Shown here piece by piece: positions 1 through 10,814 of a DNA stretch of 64,000 nucleotides. The stretch comes from Lama guanicoe. Its lineage: Eukaryota. The stretch's first letter is position 1, and each line of letters begins with the position of its first letter. The position numbers and the translations under genes are program-made. The DNA lies in NCBI GenBank assembly GCA_013239625.1, contig MU054323.1:2778161-2842160 (forward strand), in the 5' to 3' direction. The notes beneath the pieces are model-generated. The model saw only the letters and a program-made list of their open reading frames with translations, was not told the DNA's origin and ran no database searches.

Positions 1-543
1 AAATGCTCAATATCACTAATTATCAGAGAAATGCAAATCGAAACTACAATGAGGTATCACCTCACACCAGTCAGAATGCCCATCATTCAAAAATCCACAA
101 ATGACAAATGCTGGAGAGGCTGTGGAGAAAGGGGAACCCTCCTACACTGCTGGTGGGAATACAGTTTGGTGCAGCCACTATGGAAAACAGTGTGGAGATT
201 CCTCAAAAGACTAGGAATAGACTTATCATATGACCCAGGAATCCCACTCCTGGGCTTGTATCCAGAAGGAAATCTACTTCAGGATGACACCTGCACCCCA
301 ATGTTCATAGCAGCACTATTTACAATAGCCAAAACATGGAAACAGCCTAAATGTCCATCAACAGGTGACTGGATAAAGAAGATGTGGTATATTTATACAA
401 TGGAATTCTATTCAGCCATAAAAACCGACAACATAATGCCATTTGCAGCAACATGGATGCTCCTGGAGAATGTCATTCTAAGTGAAGTAAGCCAGAAAGA
501 GAAAGGAAAATACCATATGAGATCGCTCATATGTGGGATCTAA
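1..543 (+). CDS. LINE-1 ORF2p C-terminal cysteine-rich region (partial, 5' end outside window)
   Basis: [26 protein letters not shown]...[16 protein letters not shown]...[23 protein letters not shown]...[11 protein letters not shown] matches the canonical L1 ORF2 C-terminus with no internal stop. Confidence 0.93.
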   Translation, partial: KCSISLIIREMQIETTMRYHLTPVRMPIIQKSTNDKCWRGCGERGTLLHCWWEYSLVQPLWKTVWRFLKRLGIDLSYDPGIPLLGLYPEGNLLQDDTCTPMFIAALFTIAKTWKQPKCPSTGDWIKKMWYIYTMEFYSAIKTDNIMPFAATWMLLENVILSEVSQKEKGKYHMRSLICGI

Positions 544-876
544 AAAACAGAAACAAAAACAAACAAACAAACAAAAACAAAGCATAAATACAGGACAGAA
601 ATAGACTCACGGACAGAGAATACAGACTTGTGGTTACCGGGGGGGCAGAGGGTGGGAAGGGATAGACTGGGATTTCAAAATTGTAGAATAGATAAACAAG
701 ATTACACTGTATAGCACAGGGAAATATACACAAAATGTTATGATAAATCACAGAGAAAAAAATGTGACAATGAGTGTGTATATGTCCATGTATGACTGAA
801 AAATTGTGCTGAACACTGGAATTTGACACAACATTGTAAAATGATTATAAATCAATAAAAAATGTTAAGAAAAAAA
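1..876 (+). mobile_element. Young LINE-1 3' end (ORF2 C-terminus, 3' UTR, poly(A) tail), camelid-like; continues upstream of the window
   Basis: Open ORF2 frame to TAA at 541-543, G-rich UTR tract at 639-661, AATAAA at ~854 and an A-rich tail. Confidence 0.95.
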
Positions 877-899
877 GGCTGGGAGAATTTTGCATACAC

Positions 900-1684
900 A
901 TTGTAGAAAGAGGTGATGATGAAGCTGATAATAGATGAGAGACAAGAGGGCTATCACCCGCAGAAGGAAGGCAAGCGCCAGGCAAGATGAACTCAGAGAT
1001 GACATGTTCCAATAACAGAATAAGATGAAAAGGGAGCTTTTAGAGTGCAGAAAACAAACCAAGGACCAGAATATAATAATGTGATACAGAAAATATAATT
1101 AATTAGTAACAGATTCTAACAGAGTTGACTACTTAAAACTGACTTGCTGGCACATTGGAAAATATTTAAAATAATCTTAATGAATACAGAGGCGGGAAAA
1201 AGATTAAGGTACCAAAGCACTTGGTAATGGGGTGGCATATTCTAACCTAAAGATGACATGACTGGAGTCTCTGAAGTGAAGAATCCAGTAAATCAAACAA
1301 TATATACTGAAGTCCTAATACAGAAAAAACTCAAGGCATTACAGAACTATTGAGTCTATTGATTGAAAATCATCCTAACTGCCAAGAAAAACGGATACAG
1401 AACAACTGAATGTATGCCACAGCCAGCTTAGGTAATGGATTTCAAGGAACTATTTAAAACCAAAAACATAAGAGAATTAAAACAAACTATACACATGTAT
1501 GCATGTTATATTTATATTATTATACTAATACATGTAAATAAAACAAACTAATCTCTTAAAGTTTTATAGATTGGGTCACAAACACAAAATCCAAACATGT
1601 GCTGCATATAAGAGATGCCTCTAAAACAAATTGCAGAAATACTACAAGTAAAAGAATAAACAAAAGCACAGTATAGAAACACTA
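900..1684 (+). mobile_element. Old degraded L1 (ORF1 remnants and start of ORF2 endonuclease)
   Basis: A-rich; 1570-1625 resembles the WIKKQDPTICCLQETHLK coding segment. Confidence 0.5.
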
Positions 1685-1880
1685 CACCCAAGTTACAGAG
1701 GAATTCTCCCATGTTTTCATCTATACTTGTAGTTTCTTTTTCTTTTTTTACATTTAGGTTTCTGATTCATTTAGAACTCCTCATGTGTATATGGTGCATA
1801 TGGATCTAGTTTTATCTTTTTATAAATGATTCTCCAATTTTCCCAGCATCATGATATAAAAAGACCATCTTTGCCCCAGT
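1685..1880 (-). mobile_element. Old L1 ORF2 fragment, inverted relative to its neighbours
   Basis: Minus strand resembles the WGKDSLFNKWCWENW...KLDPYLTPYTKINSKWIKDLNV segment. Confidence 0.75.
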
Positions 1881-1884
1881 AATA

Positions 1885-2187
1885 GGTCCTAAAAGATATA
1901 AAAGTAAGACTTGAGTAAATGGAAAGATACTGCTTGTTTTCACTTGGGACATCTCGACACCATCAAGATGCTCATTCTCTCTAAACTAATCTATAAATGG
2001 GTATAATCTCAATCAGCCTTCTCTAGAACTAGACAAGCTGATACCAAAGTTTGTGCGGAAAAACACACCTGCAAAATAAGTAGGAAAGCAGTGAAAAGGA
2101 AGAGCTATGAGAGGTGACTAGCTATCCACATATCTAAACATATTACAAAACCTTGATAATTAAAACAGTGTGGTCATGGTGTGTAAG
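1885..2187 (+). mobile_element. Old L1 ORF2 fragment
   Basis: Resembles the DLNKWKDIPCSW...LPKLIY...YYKATVIKTVWYW segment. Confidence 0.75.
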
Positions 2188-2301
2188 GGAAGTCCAAAAA
2201 TATTCTTCTCAGTGCTTCAGTAGTAAAATGCTACTAGCCTAAATTTAGCCTGGACTTTCTTCTACAAAATCCTTTGACATTTTAATTTCAGTTCAGTTTC
2301 C

Positions 2302-2757
2302 TGTATTAGCTTCCTATTGCTGGTGTAACTACCACAAATTTAGAGGTTTACAACCAATCACGTTCATTCTTGTAGTCTATATATAGATTAGAAGTTCAAG
2401 ACAGGACTATGATCAAGGTGTCGGCAGGGCCTGCATTGCTTCTGGAAAGAACCCATTTCTTCGCTTTTTGCAGATGCTAGAGGCCACCTACATTCCTTGG
2501 CTCATGGTCCCTTCCTTTATCTTCAAAGCCATCACTCCAGCTTTGGTTCTGTTTTTATATGTCCTTTTTCTGACTCTGAAGCTTTTGTCTCCACGGTGAT
2601 TGCATTGGGTCCACCCAGGTAACCCAATATAATCTCCTCCTATCAAGATCCTTAATTTAGTTACACCTGCAAAGTCCTTTGGGCCATGTAAGGAAACATA
2701 TTCATAGGTTCTGAGAATTAGAATGTGGGCATCTTTGAGGGCCATAATTCTACCATA
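2302..2757 (-). mobile_element. MaLR solo LTR (MLT1D-like)
   Basis: Typical motifs: tgtattagcttcctattgctg, atcaaggtgtcggcagggc, ttacacctgcaaagtcctttg. Confidence 0.85.
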
Positions 2758-2849
2758 TTTTTCATTCAGATTTTTTCTATAATTTCATGGTTGTTGGAAT
2801 ATCTAGGTCGAGTGCATTTAGACGCCTCCCAGGAAGCAAGGGAATGTCA

Positions 2850-3082
2850 CAAGAACTAGACTTGAGACTGATAGACTTCGATTTGAGCTCGGACTCTTTG
2901 CCTGATTGGCTGTGTGACCTCGTGGAAGTAACAGCTTTTTGAGGTCTCATTTTCTCCACCTAGAAAATTTAGTAGCTAATAAATGTCTACTTCTTAAGGC
3001 TGCTAAAAGAAGTAAATGAGTTAAAAATGTGAAATATTTAATTCAGCACCTGGCACATAGTAAGTACTCAAAATCTGTTAGC
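2850..3082 (+). mobile_element. MIR SINE
   Basis: Core gctgtgtgacct...ctcattttctccacct and tail cctggcacatagtaagtactcaa. Confidence 0.8.
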
Positions 3083-3689
3083 GGTGGCCCACTGACACTT
3101 AATTCAAAGAACAAAATGACTTTTCATGGTGTTGCATTAATAGTCTATTTAACTTACTTGGGCATTTTTGGATTTTAAATAAGGAAACCAATTTGTTAGT
3201 AACTCAAATTGATCCCTGGCCTCAGTAGCTAATACTATCCAAGAATCCATTTATCACCACAGGCACACACACATCCCCTCTACATCCCTGCCCATAGGCG
3301 TGTCATAAATTATTCCAGCAGGTTGGCAGGGACAGTGGTGAGCTCTGCTGTCCTGAGGTACCACACAGATAACTAAGCTGCATGGTACTGAGTTATTGAC
3401 ATTGCTGTACTCGGCATTTCAAGTATTTGTTATGCATTCCTTTAACTACACAAGGAATCATCTAATCATTATATCTAATCATAGTCTAATCTGTTCTAGC
3501 CCCTGTCCACCTCCCAATGACTATTGTCCTGGGGCAGCATGCTATCAAATAGAGACTTTTCATGGTATGATCCCAGCTTTTGTTACTCTGTTTTGCAAGC
3601 TGAGCTTAGAAAGTCTGTCTGCCAGGGTACCTGCTCCTACATCTGCAATTATAATTGAATCCACACAGTAGATTTAATCATACAACCTC

Positions 3690-4130
3690 ATATAATGCAT
3701 TGGTTGTCACAGTTTTCTGCTACTTTAAGCATATTTAGTTTACAAGCTGCTGTATTTCTGTTGACTATTTTTGGCAAAGGATTTTATTGGTATCTGCTAC
3801 AATGTCTTCTTTCCAACTTGATATAGTTGATGTGTATAAACATTTGCAAACACAAGCAAAAGAGATGTTAGAATGGTTTTGTCTTCACAGCATTTAAACT
3901 CTTCCTGGTTCAGTTTTTTTTTTTTATTCAATGAGACGTTGACGGGATTAGTCATAACCTAGTCCCTTCTTGACTTCCGTATAAAACAGACTTGTCCATT
4001 ATCCAACTCAGTGATTACAGAATTAAAGTCCTTTGAACTCTGTTAATACAGATGATATATTAGACAGAAGATCCTCTGTTATTCAGTGCACCATCAAAAT
4101 TATTTTAAATTTTTTTTAGATGTATACTTT
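3690..4130 (-). mobile_element. Possible ancient RTE-clade LINE fragment (L4/MamRTE-like)
   Basis: Frameshifted minus-strand peptides HLKKI, EDLLSNISSV, MDKSVLYGSQEGTR and SSWKEDIVAD follow the order of RTE C-terminal motifs. Confidence 0.35.
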
Positions 4131-6999
4131 TGTCTTGATCAGCATTTGCCCAGGGTATTTTACTTGGTTTGAACTTAGTAATGGAGTAAAACTCAATGAA
4201 GCAAACAGTCATTGAAGGCTGTTTCATGGTATCATGATCCTGTAGTTTGCCTAAGGTTTCCCAACAAGCCATCCTGACAATTTTTCTCACTGAATTGGGT
4301 CAGCATATAGCAAGGAGGCCAGCTTATTACAAGGGACTTAACTAGGCAGAAGACCATTTCACTGCAGCAGCAGAGCTAGTTCCTAGCCTGCCTCACTCAT
4401 CATCCTGAGCCACAGCTCTCACTGTAGATCTCATCTCCCTTTTCATCACCCATCGCCACTCAGGTTAGTGGTTTGGACCTGCTTCCTGGATGCACCTCCA
4501 TTTCTGCACTCCTGCTTCCATTTGAATCCAATGTCCACTTGTCCAGTAAGGGCTCTCTTCCACCAGAACAGCAACTCCCAACTTAGAGATCGTACGATAT
4601 GCTCCTTTTCCTTCACTGGATTGTTTTACATGCATCTCGTCAGCAAGTTTCACAGTGGCATTTATTTTGATGTCCCCAGAAACCCGATAAAACTCAGATA
4701 ATATCCTGCGCAGACCATAAACCTGGTTTTATTTCCAGTGAGGATACATGCACCCCGAAGGCAGTAGGAGACTTAAAGTGACCCCCAGGGTCTCCAAAAG
4801 CTCAGTATAGACCTTGAATCTATACTATATGTGAAATCTTTTATTTTTATCTTGTTTTGTCCTACATTCTATATCTTGATTTGGAAGCAGCAAGATGCCA
4901 TACATCCCCTTAACAGGATTTCAGAACTGGCTTAACTTTTTAATATGACTTACTTAAGGAAGAGGAGATACTTACAGCATTTGTGCTAAAGTGTTAATGC
5001 TAAAGAGATTAGAAAAATACAAAAATAAAGGAAGGTTATATTCCTGTCTGATTTCAACTGAAATGCAAAGTGTAAAAGTTACTACAGATACTATTTAGAT
5101 AAAAAGAGAAATGTAAGAATCACACCATATACAAATGCAGAACATTGAAAGACGATAACCATCATTCAAATGCAATAGCAAATATAATCAGGGCAAGACT
5201 TCTGTAAGAAAAAGAAAGTTGCTGATTATATTTAAAACTCGCAATCAACTAGCTGTTGCTTACGTGAGATGTTAAAGTCCTGGGACCTACAAAGAGTCCA
5301 GGTGAATGTGTGGTTAGAAATCAGTAATAACTATGTGCATGGAGAAGATGTCCATCTAGGAAATGTGGACATCAATACAGTTACACATAGAGATCCAGCT
5401 ACTGACACAGAGAGAGAAGCTGATGATTTTCTCTAGGAATAAATAAAGTCCACAGCAAAATACTTGCAGAGAGACAATCATGGCTGAAGACATGGTAAGA
5501 ACATTCATCCTAGGTGTTTGCCCTCTTACTGCCCCAAGGAAATGAAACTGGAGAGTGATGAATAAGGCTTCCCGAAGTTGGCTGTCAGGCAGGGATGGTG
5601 CCTGTCACCAGCAACTGCTGTCCTAACCTATGCACTTTGGGTTAACACAGGTAACAAGAAGCAGAGACCTGCTAGTGATTTTCCAGTGGTTCAGATCCCA
5701 GGATTCTCTATGACAGAAAGTGATGTTTGGTGATCAGGGGTATATTTGCCAAGGAAAGATATTTTGGCCTACATAAGCAGCCTCTGATGGCAAGATATAC
5801 CCACCAGAACTTCCATAAATCGTTACTGAACAATGCTTTAAAGATTTCAAAGAAAACATCGTAGACACTATTACTAAGTTCTGTAACACGGGCCACATTG
5901 TCAAAAATACAGGATTGTTTTTCCACCAAGTAATAAATCACACAAAAAATTTATAAAACTTCACTGTTTAAAAAATTCATTTGGGTTTGACAAAACAATT
6001 AGCATTCTTTCTGAAGTTGAGATCAACATGTGAAAATGTTGTCTGATTCTGTAAACCAAGATGACAGATTGAATATCCTGTGCACATCTTACACAATCCT
6101 AAAAGGGGGAGAGAGCACATCACGTGGAGTTGCTCAGAGACTGTTTAGAACAGCCCGCCAGCCTCTATTGTAGTCATAGGTGGGGATTCCTTTTCAAAGG
6201 AATTAAAGGATGGTTTGCTGACATGACTATCTTCTTCAATATTTTATTGGAGACACTTTCTTATAGGTCTAGACATGTAACTATGTTTTCATTGTCTACT
6301 AAACCCAGTTTTTGCTTTAGTGCATCTAGGCTGTTGAAGAGGCGTCTTTGAATCAATACAAGTGTCTAAAAATGAGAATGGGGAAAATGAAACCATTTGT
6401 ACCAGTTAAGAAAAATACTTTATCCAACTGCCAACCTCTCACTTAGCACTAAGCACTTACACCACAAAGGCTTTGCCCTTTGTTTCTTTTTCCGGCATTC
6501 TTCCCCAGGGTTTGCATGGGCTCTGTGATGTGCTGTCTGCGTGCCTCTGCAGGCCCCTGGATGAGCTATCATGAGGAATTTGGGGTATGGGTACAAGGCG
6601 GACAATTTCCACCTGTCCATCAGCTGAGTTAGACCCAATGTGATGGTTTGTCATTTTCACAAGTGTTGAACTCCCAGAGCATTATGGCAATTGGAGAAAC
6701 CTTGGTACCTGTGCGACTGTAATATCCTAACAATTCCGTAATGAAATTCACATGGAATCTCCCAACCCAGCCAGCTTTGTGTCAGCTTTCTTAACATGTT
6801 CCAGTTGCATGAAATACTAATTAAAGGCACTCATTGTTAACTGATATAAATAGTCCCCACTTAGCCCATTATAGGTATGGGCTGTAAGACAAACAATTAC
6901 GTGACAGATGATACATGCGAACACAGAGAAATCCTGTAATGACATTTCTGTAACACTGTAACCTCTTCAACCACCATATGTTCTACATTAGGAGCTAAA

Positions 7000-7480
7000 A
7001 GGGGTGCTGACTGCGAAGGTGACGCACCCTCCGGCTTGTGACTTTTCTTCCAAGAATAGGAAGCACCTCTGAAGGATTTACATTACAAATGGAGTTGGGA
7101 CAATGAAATCGTTCGTGGGAGTTGGTTTTTAACTGTTCCGTGTGTTTGGGAGTCTGTATCCTGGTGCCAAGCGATAGCAGCATCAGCCTACCCAAAAAAT
7201 TCTCGAAATCTGAGGAGGCGGCAGTCCAGGGAAGCAATTGTGTACAATAGAGCGTGTCTCTCTTTACAAGTCGGTAATCTGTCCCTGTGCACCCAGGCTT
7301 AAAAGAGGTTTTGACACAGGGGGAAATGAAGTCTGAAGTGTACTATTTTTCTCCAAGAGATAGGTCAACTGCATGTCAAAATAATCAATTAATGCAATCA
7401 GCGATGAACTGCCATGAATACAATACATCTGGCCATCAAGTAAATACACTAATTAATTAAATGATGCAAATGGCAAACCA
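7000..7480. promoter_or_regulatory. Candidate conserved non-coding enhancer
   Basis: Repeat-free and CpG-retaining; forkhead-like GTAAATA 7440-7446, TAATTAATTA 7450-7459, octamer ATGCAAAT 7464-7471. Confidence 0.4.
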
Positions 7481-8534
7481 TCACTTGTCTCTATCTTATT
7501 CTCCTAACACAAATTACAGGTTTCTTCTGAAACACTGATCAAAGAAAGACTGTGTATCGGCTGAGCCCGTCAAACAAGAGACACTGAAATACACATTTTA
7601 GTTGAACAGCAACTTTGAGTAAGACACTGTAAACATTTTATTAAATGAAAAATTGTTCATGTAGGGAAATGATAGCTACATATTCAAGCTCTGGTAATTC
7701 TGAAAAATGGCTTTTTTTTTTTTCAGAATTACTAAATTCATGATCATGAATTTCTCCTCCTTGCCTCTTTCTATTTGCCAGGTACTATGTTAAAGTCTTT
7801 ACAGGATTTATCTTATTTGCTGTGAAAAAGCCTGTAAGGCAAGTACTCTTCTTCTTCTTCTTACCTTTACAGGCCAAGTGATTTAGGCAGAGAGAGAGTA
7901 AAACCGTGCTTATATTTTTGATCAGCTACTGTGAGCTAAGCTCAGTAATGAATTTTGAGGATTCAAAGGTAATGAGATAGGAATGGCCCCCATTCTCGTA
8001 GGATTTACAGTCTGCTAAGGGAGGTAGTAAGAACAAATACTAACAAACCATTCAATGAAACTGTGCTAAGTGCTACGGAGGGAAACTTCTGAGATCTCTG
8101 AGCACATATGAAAAGAGGGGTGTATCCTCATTTGGTGGGTCAGAAAGGATTTGCCTGAAGAAGTAATATTTAATTTGGGAACTGAAGTATGAATAGAAGC
8201 CAAGCAGGCAAAATGGTGGTAAGAGAATGAGGTTTGGTTTCCTGAGGATGGAAGGAGATGGGCATTTGTGAAAAACAAAAAACAAAAAGAGAGAGAGAGG
8301 AAGTCAGAGGTTCTGGAAAAGAAAAACCAGGAAGAGAGGGGAACAGGGCGAGGGTAGGAGATTAGGGTAGGGGAGGAGGAAGGCAGGAGCCAAGTTACGG
8401 TGGGTTCTGCAGACTATACCAAGTTTTTGGACTTTTTCTTGAGAGAAACTGGGAACCACTGGAGCAAGGGTGCTGTAGATCAAATTTGCATTCAAAAATC
8501 ATCCCCTAGTCACCATGAGGAAATCTAGAACATG

Positions 8535-8924
8535 GAACATTACCCTACACACTGGCCTGTTTTCTCTAGAAAAGCAACGGCACAAGAAAAGGTGTATGTG
8601 GGGGTGGGAATGGGAGTGGGGTGGGGGAAGTATCTTAGATTTTTTTAAATGTTGAAGATATAACAATCAAATGCAAAATATGATTCTTGATTTTTCCCCT
8701 GACTTCATTAGGAGCAGCTATAAAAAAATTTTAGAGACCATATGGGAAATTTTAATATAAACTAGTTACTAAATTACATTAGGGTATTATTTTTAATTTT
8801 CTTAAGTGTAGAAACAGTGTTGCAGTTATGTAAGACCATATCCTTACCTTTTTGGAGATGTGTGCTAAAGTATTCAGGGACAAAACGGCATGATGCCTGT
8901 AATTTTTTCTCTGAGCCATTTCAA

Positions 8925-8962
<38 letters not shown>

Positions 8963-9050
8963 CTACATATTGTATGTGTGCTTTTTGTCTTATTTTATTA
9001 TTCTGTCTGATTTTCTCCATATTTAATTTTTTATCATAAGACGTTAAAAA
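8535..9050 (+). mobile_element. Old L1 (L1MC/L1ME-type) 3' UTR nested in L2
   Basis: ataacaatcaaatgcaaaatatgattcttga; ggagatgtgtgctaaagtattcaggga; G-rich tract 8600-8627. Confidence 0.65.
8931..8960. repeat. (GT)15 microsatellite
   Basis: Read directly. Confidence 0.97.
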
Positions 9051-9385
9051 CAACCTCAGTTCTGGGTAGACAGTGCTTGCAGTTGAGTAGCAAGAGTAGA
9101 TACAGAGATATGAAATGGTGACTATAGCAGAAATATGGGCAAAGGATGAGGACAGCTTGGACTAAACGTTTTGCAATAAGGAGGGAGAAATATGGATGCA
9201 TGTGAAAGATAATTAGAAAGTAGAATCAACAGCATTCAGTGAACTGATGAGTTATGTTGGACATGGGAAGGGTCAAGGTAACTCCCAGGTGTTTAGATGA
9301 ATAACTGGGTGGATGATTGTACCAGTTACCAATACAGGAAACAATAGCAGAGAAGCAGGTTTGTGGAATAAAGATTCAAATTTAA

Positions 9386-9546
9386 CTGTAGAGCACAGGG
9401 AACTAGATTCAATATCTTATAGTAACTTACAGTGAAAAAGAATATGAAAATGAGTATATGTATGTTCATGTATGACTGAAGCATTGTGCTACATGCCAGA
9501 AACTGATATAACACTGTAAACTGACTAAACTTCAATAAATACAAAA
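9386..9546 (+). mobile_element. Short L1 3'-tail insertion (copy A) with 16-bp TSD
   Basis: Homologous to L1 UTR 707-860; TSD aaagat(t/g)caaatttaa at 9370-9385 and 9547-9562. Confidence 0.9.
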
Positions 9547-9656
9547 AAAGATGCAAATTTAATTTAGGGCATTTTAGTATGAGTTTACTTGGAGACATCA
9601 AAGTGGAGATGCTATGGTGCTAGATATATATGCAGGTCTGGACCACAGTGTTGGGG

Positions 9657-9682
9657 ACACACACACACACACACACACACAC
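9657..9682. repeat. (AC)13 microsatellite
   Basis: Read directly. Confidence 0.97.
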
Positions 9683-10104
9683 TCCTTGATCTGTTAGGTA
9701 TGATTTTTTTCTCTAGCTACGATCTGGAGTCCCAGACCAAACAGAGAAGTTTAGACTTAGCAAATGGTTGGGGTTTTGCCAACAGGAATGACAGAGAAAA
9801 TAATGGCAAAAAATTAAGATATTGTGAGGTGATTAAGAAGTTTGTATGTGGAAGTGAAGCCGTACAGAAAGAGAAGGAAAGAAAGAAGAGGCCTGTGGAT
9901 GAGGGAAAAGTTCATTATTCAGTAGATCGGAGGTCACATTGCAGTTGAGTAACAGGTGTGTCGTAAGTGGAACAGACAAAACTGGAATAACACGAGAGCA
10001 CATGGAGAGTGAAATTTTTGAGAGTTTGAATGTGGGATGATGCTAAGTGTCCGAGTATAACTGCAGAGTCGGTGATGCAGGGGGCTGGGCTGGAGGAGGA
10101 GGCC

Positions 10105-10263
10105 ACTGTTCAGTTAGGATTAGCTTTAGCTGTTTGACACAGAGTATCTTAAATGCCAGTGGCTCAAAACACTTAGAAGAAGATTTCTCTCTCCTGTAAA
10201 AGAAGTCTTGGGGTTCGGCAGTCTGGGGAACCCTGTCATCAGGGTCCCGGGCTCCTATCTTAC
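10105..10263 (-). mobile_element. Older MaLR LTR fragment (MLT1J/K-like)
   Basis: cagttaggattagctttagctg...cagtggctcaaaacac...tcagggtcccgggctcctatct. Confidence 0.55.
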
Positions 10264-10759
10264 TGTAACAGATTCTCATTGCTGCTTTAACAAATTACCA
10301 AAAATTCAGTGGCATAAAACAATACAGTTCTTATCTTCCAGTACTTGCTATAGGTTGGAGGTCCAATAAGAGCTCAGAGGGATAGAATCAAGGTGCCAGC
10401 AGGGCTGTGTTCCTTTCTGAAGAACTTAGGGAAAAATTCATTTCCTTGCCTTTTCTGGCTTCCAGAGGCCACCTGCCATTTCTCAGCTCATGGCCTTCCT
10501 CCTCTTCAATCCAGCAGTGGTAGACAGTACATTTCAGACCTTTTCTCTCTGACCTCTCCCTCTGCCTCCCTCTTCCATGTTTAAGGATCTTCGTGATTAC
10601 ATTAGACCCACTCAGGTAATGCAGAGTAACCTCCCATGTCCGGGTACTTAACCACCCCGTGGAATCTCTTTTGTTATGAAAGGGGAGATATACACAGGTT
10701 GCAGGCATAGGGATACAGGTTTTGTCTGCAGGGAGGGGGACACTCTTTTGCCTACCACA
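10264..10759 (-). mobile_element. MaLR solo LTR (MLT1D-like)
   Basis: attgctgctttaacaaattacca, aatcaaggtgccagcagggctgtgttcc, tgcctaccaca end. Confidence 0.85.
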
Positions 10760-10814
10760 CTGTTTTCCCAACCTTATAGGATTTCCGTCCTCAAAGTCAC
10801 TTAAAATGAAAGAC

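Larger units (their letters stand above)
7910..10070 (-). mobile_element. L2 LINE 3' region, interrupted by younger insertions
   Basis: Purine-rich L2 motifs (gggtcagaaaggatttgcctgaagaagta, gtcaaggtaactcccaggtgtt, ttggagacatcaaagtggagatg). Confidence 0.75.

Noticed and set aside
4720..5250. Possible hAT-Charlie remnant
   Set aside because: No clear TIR pair or transposase motif could be read
8600..8627. Five-tract G-quadruplex motif
   Set aside because: Lies in the G-rich tract of an old L1 3' UTR, where it is expected
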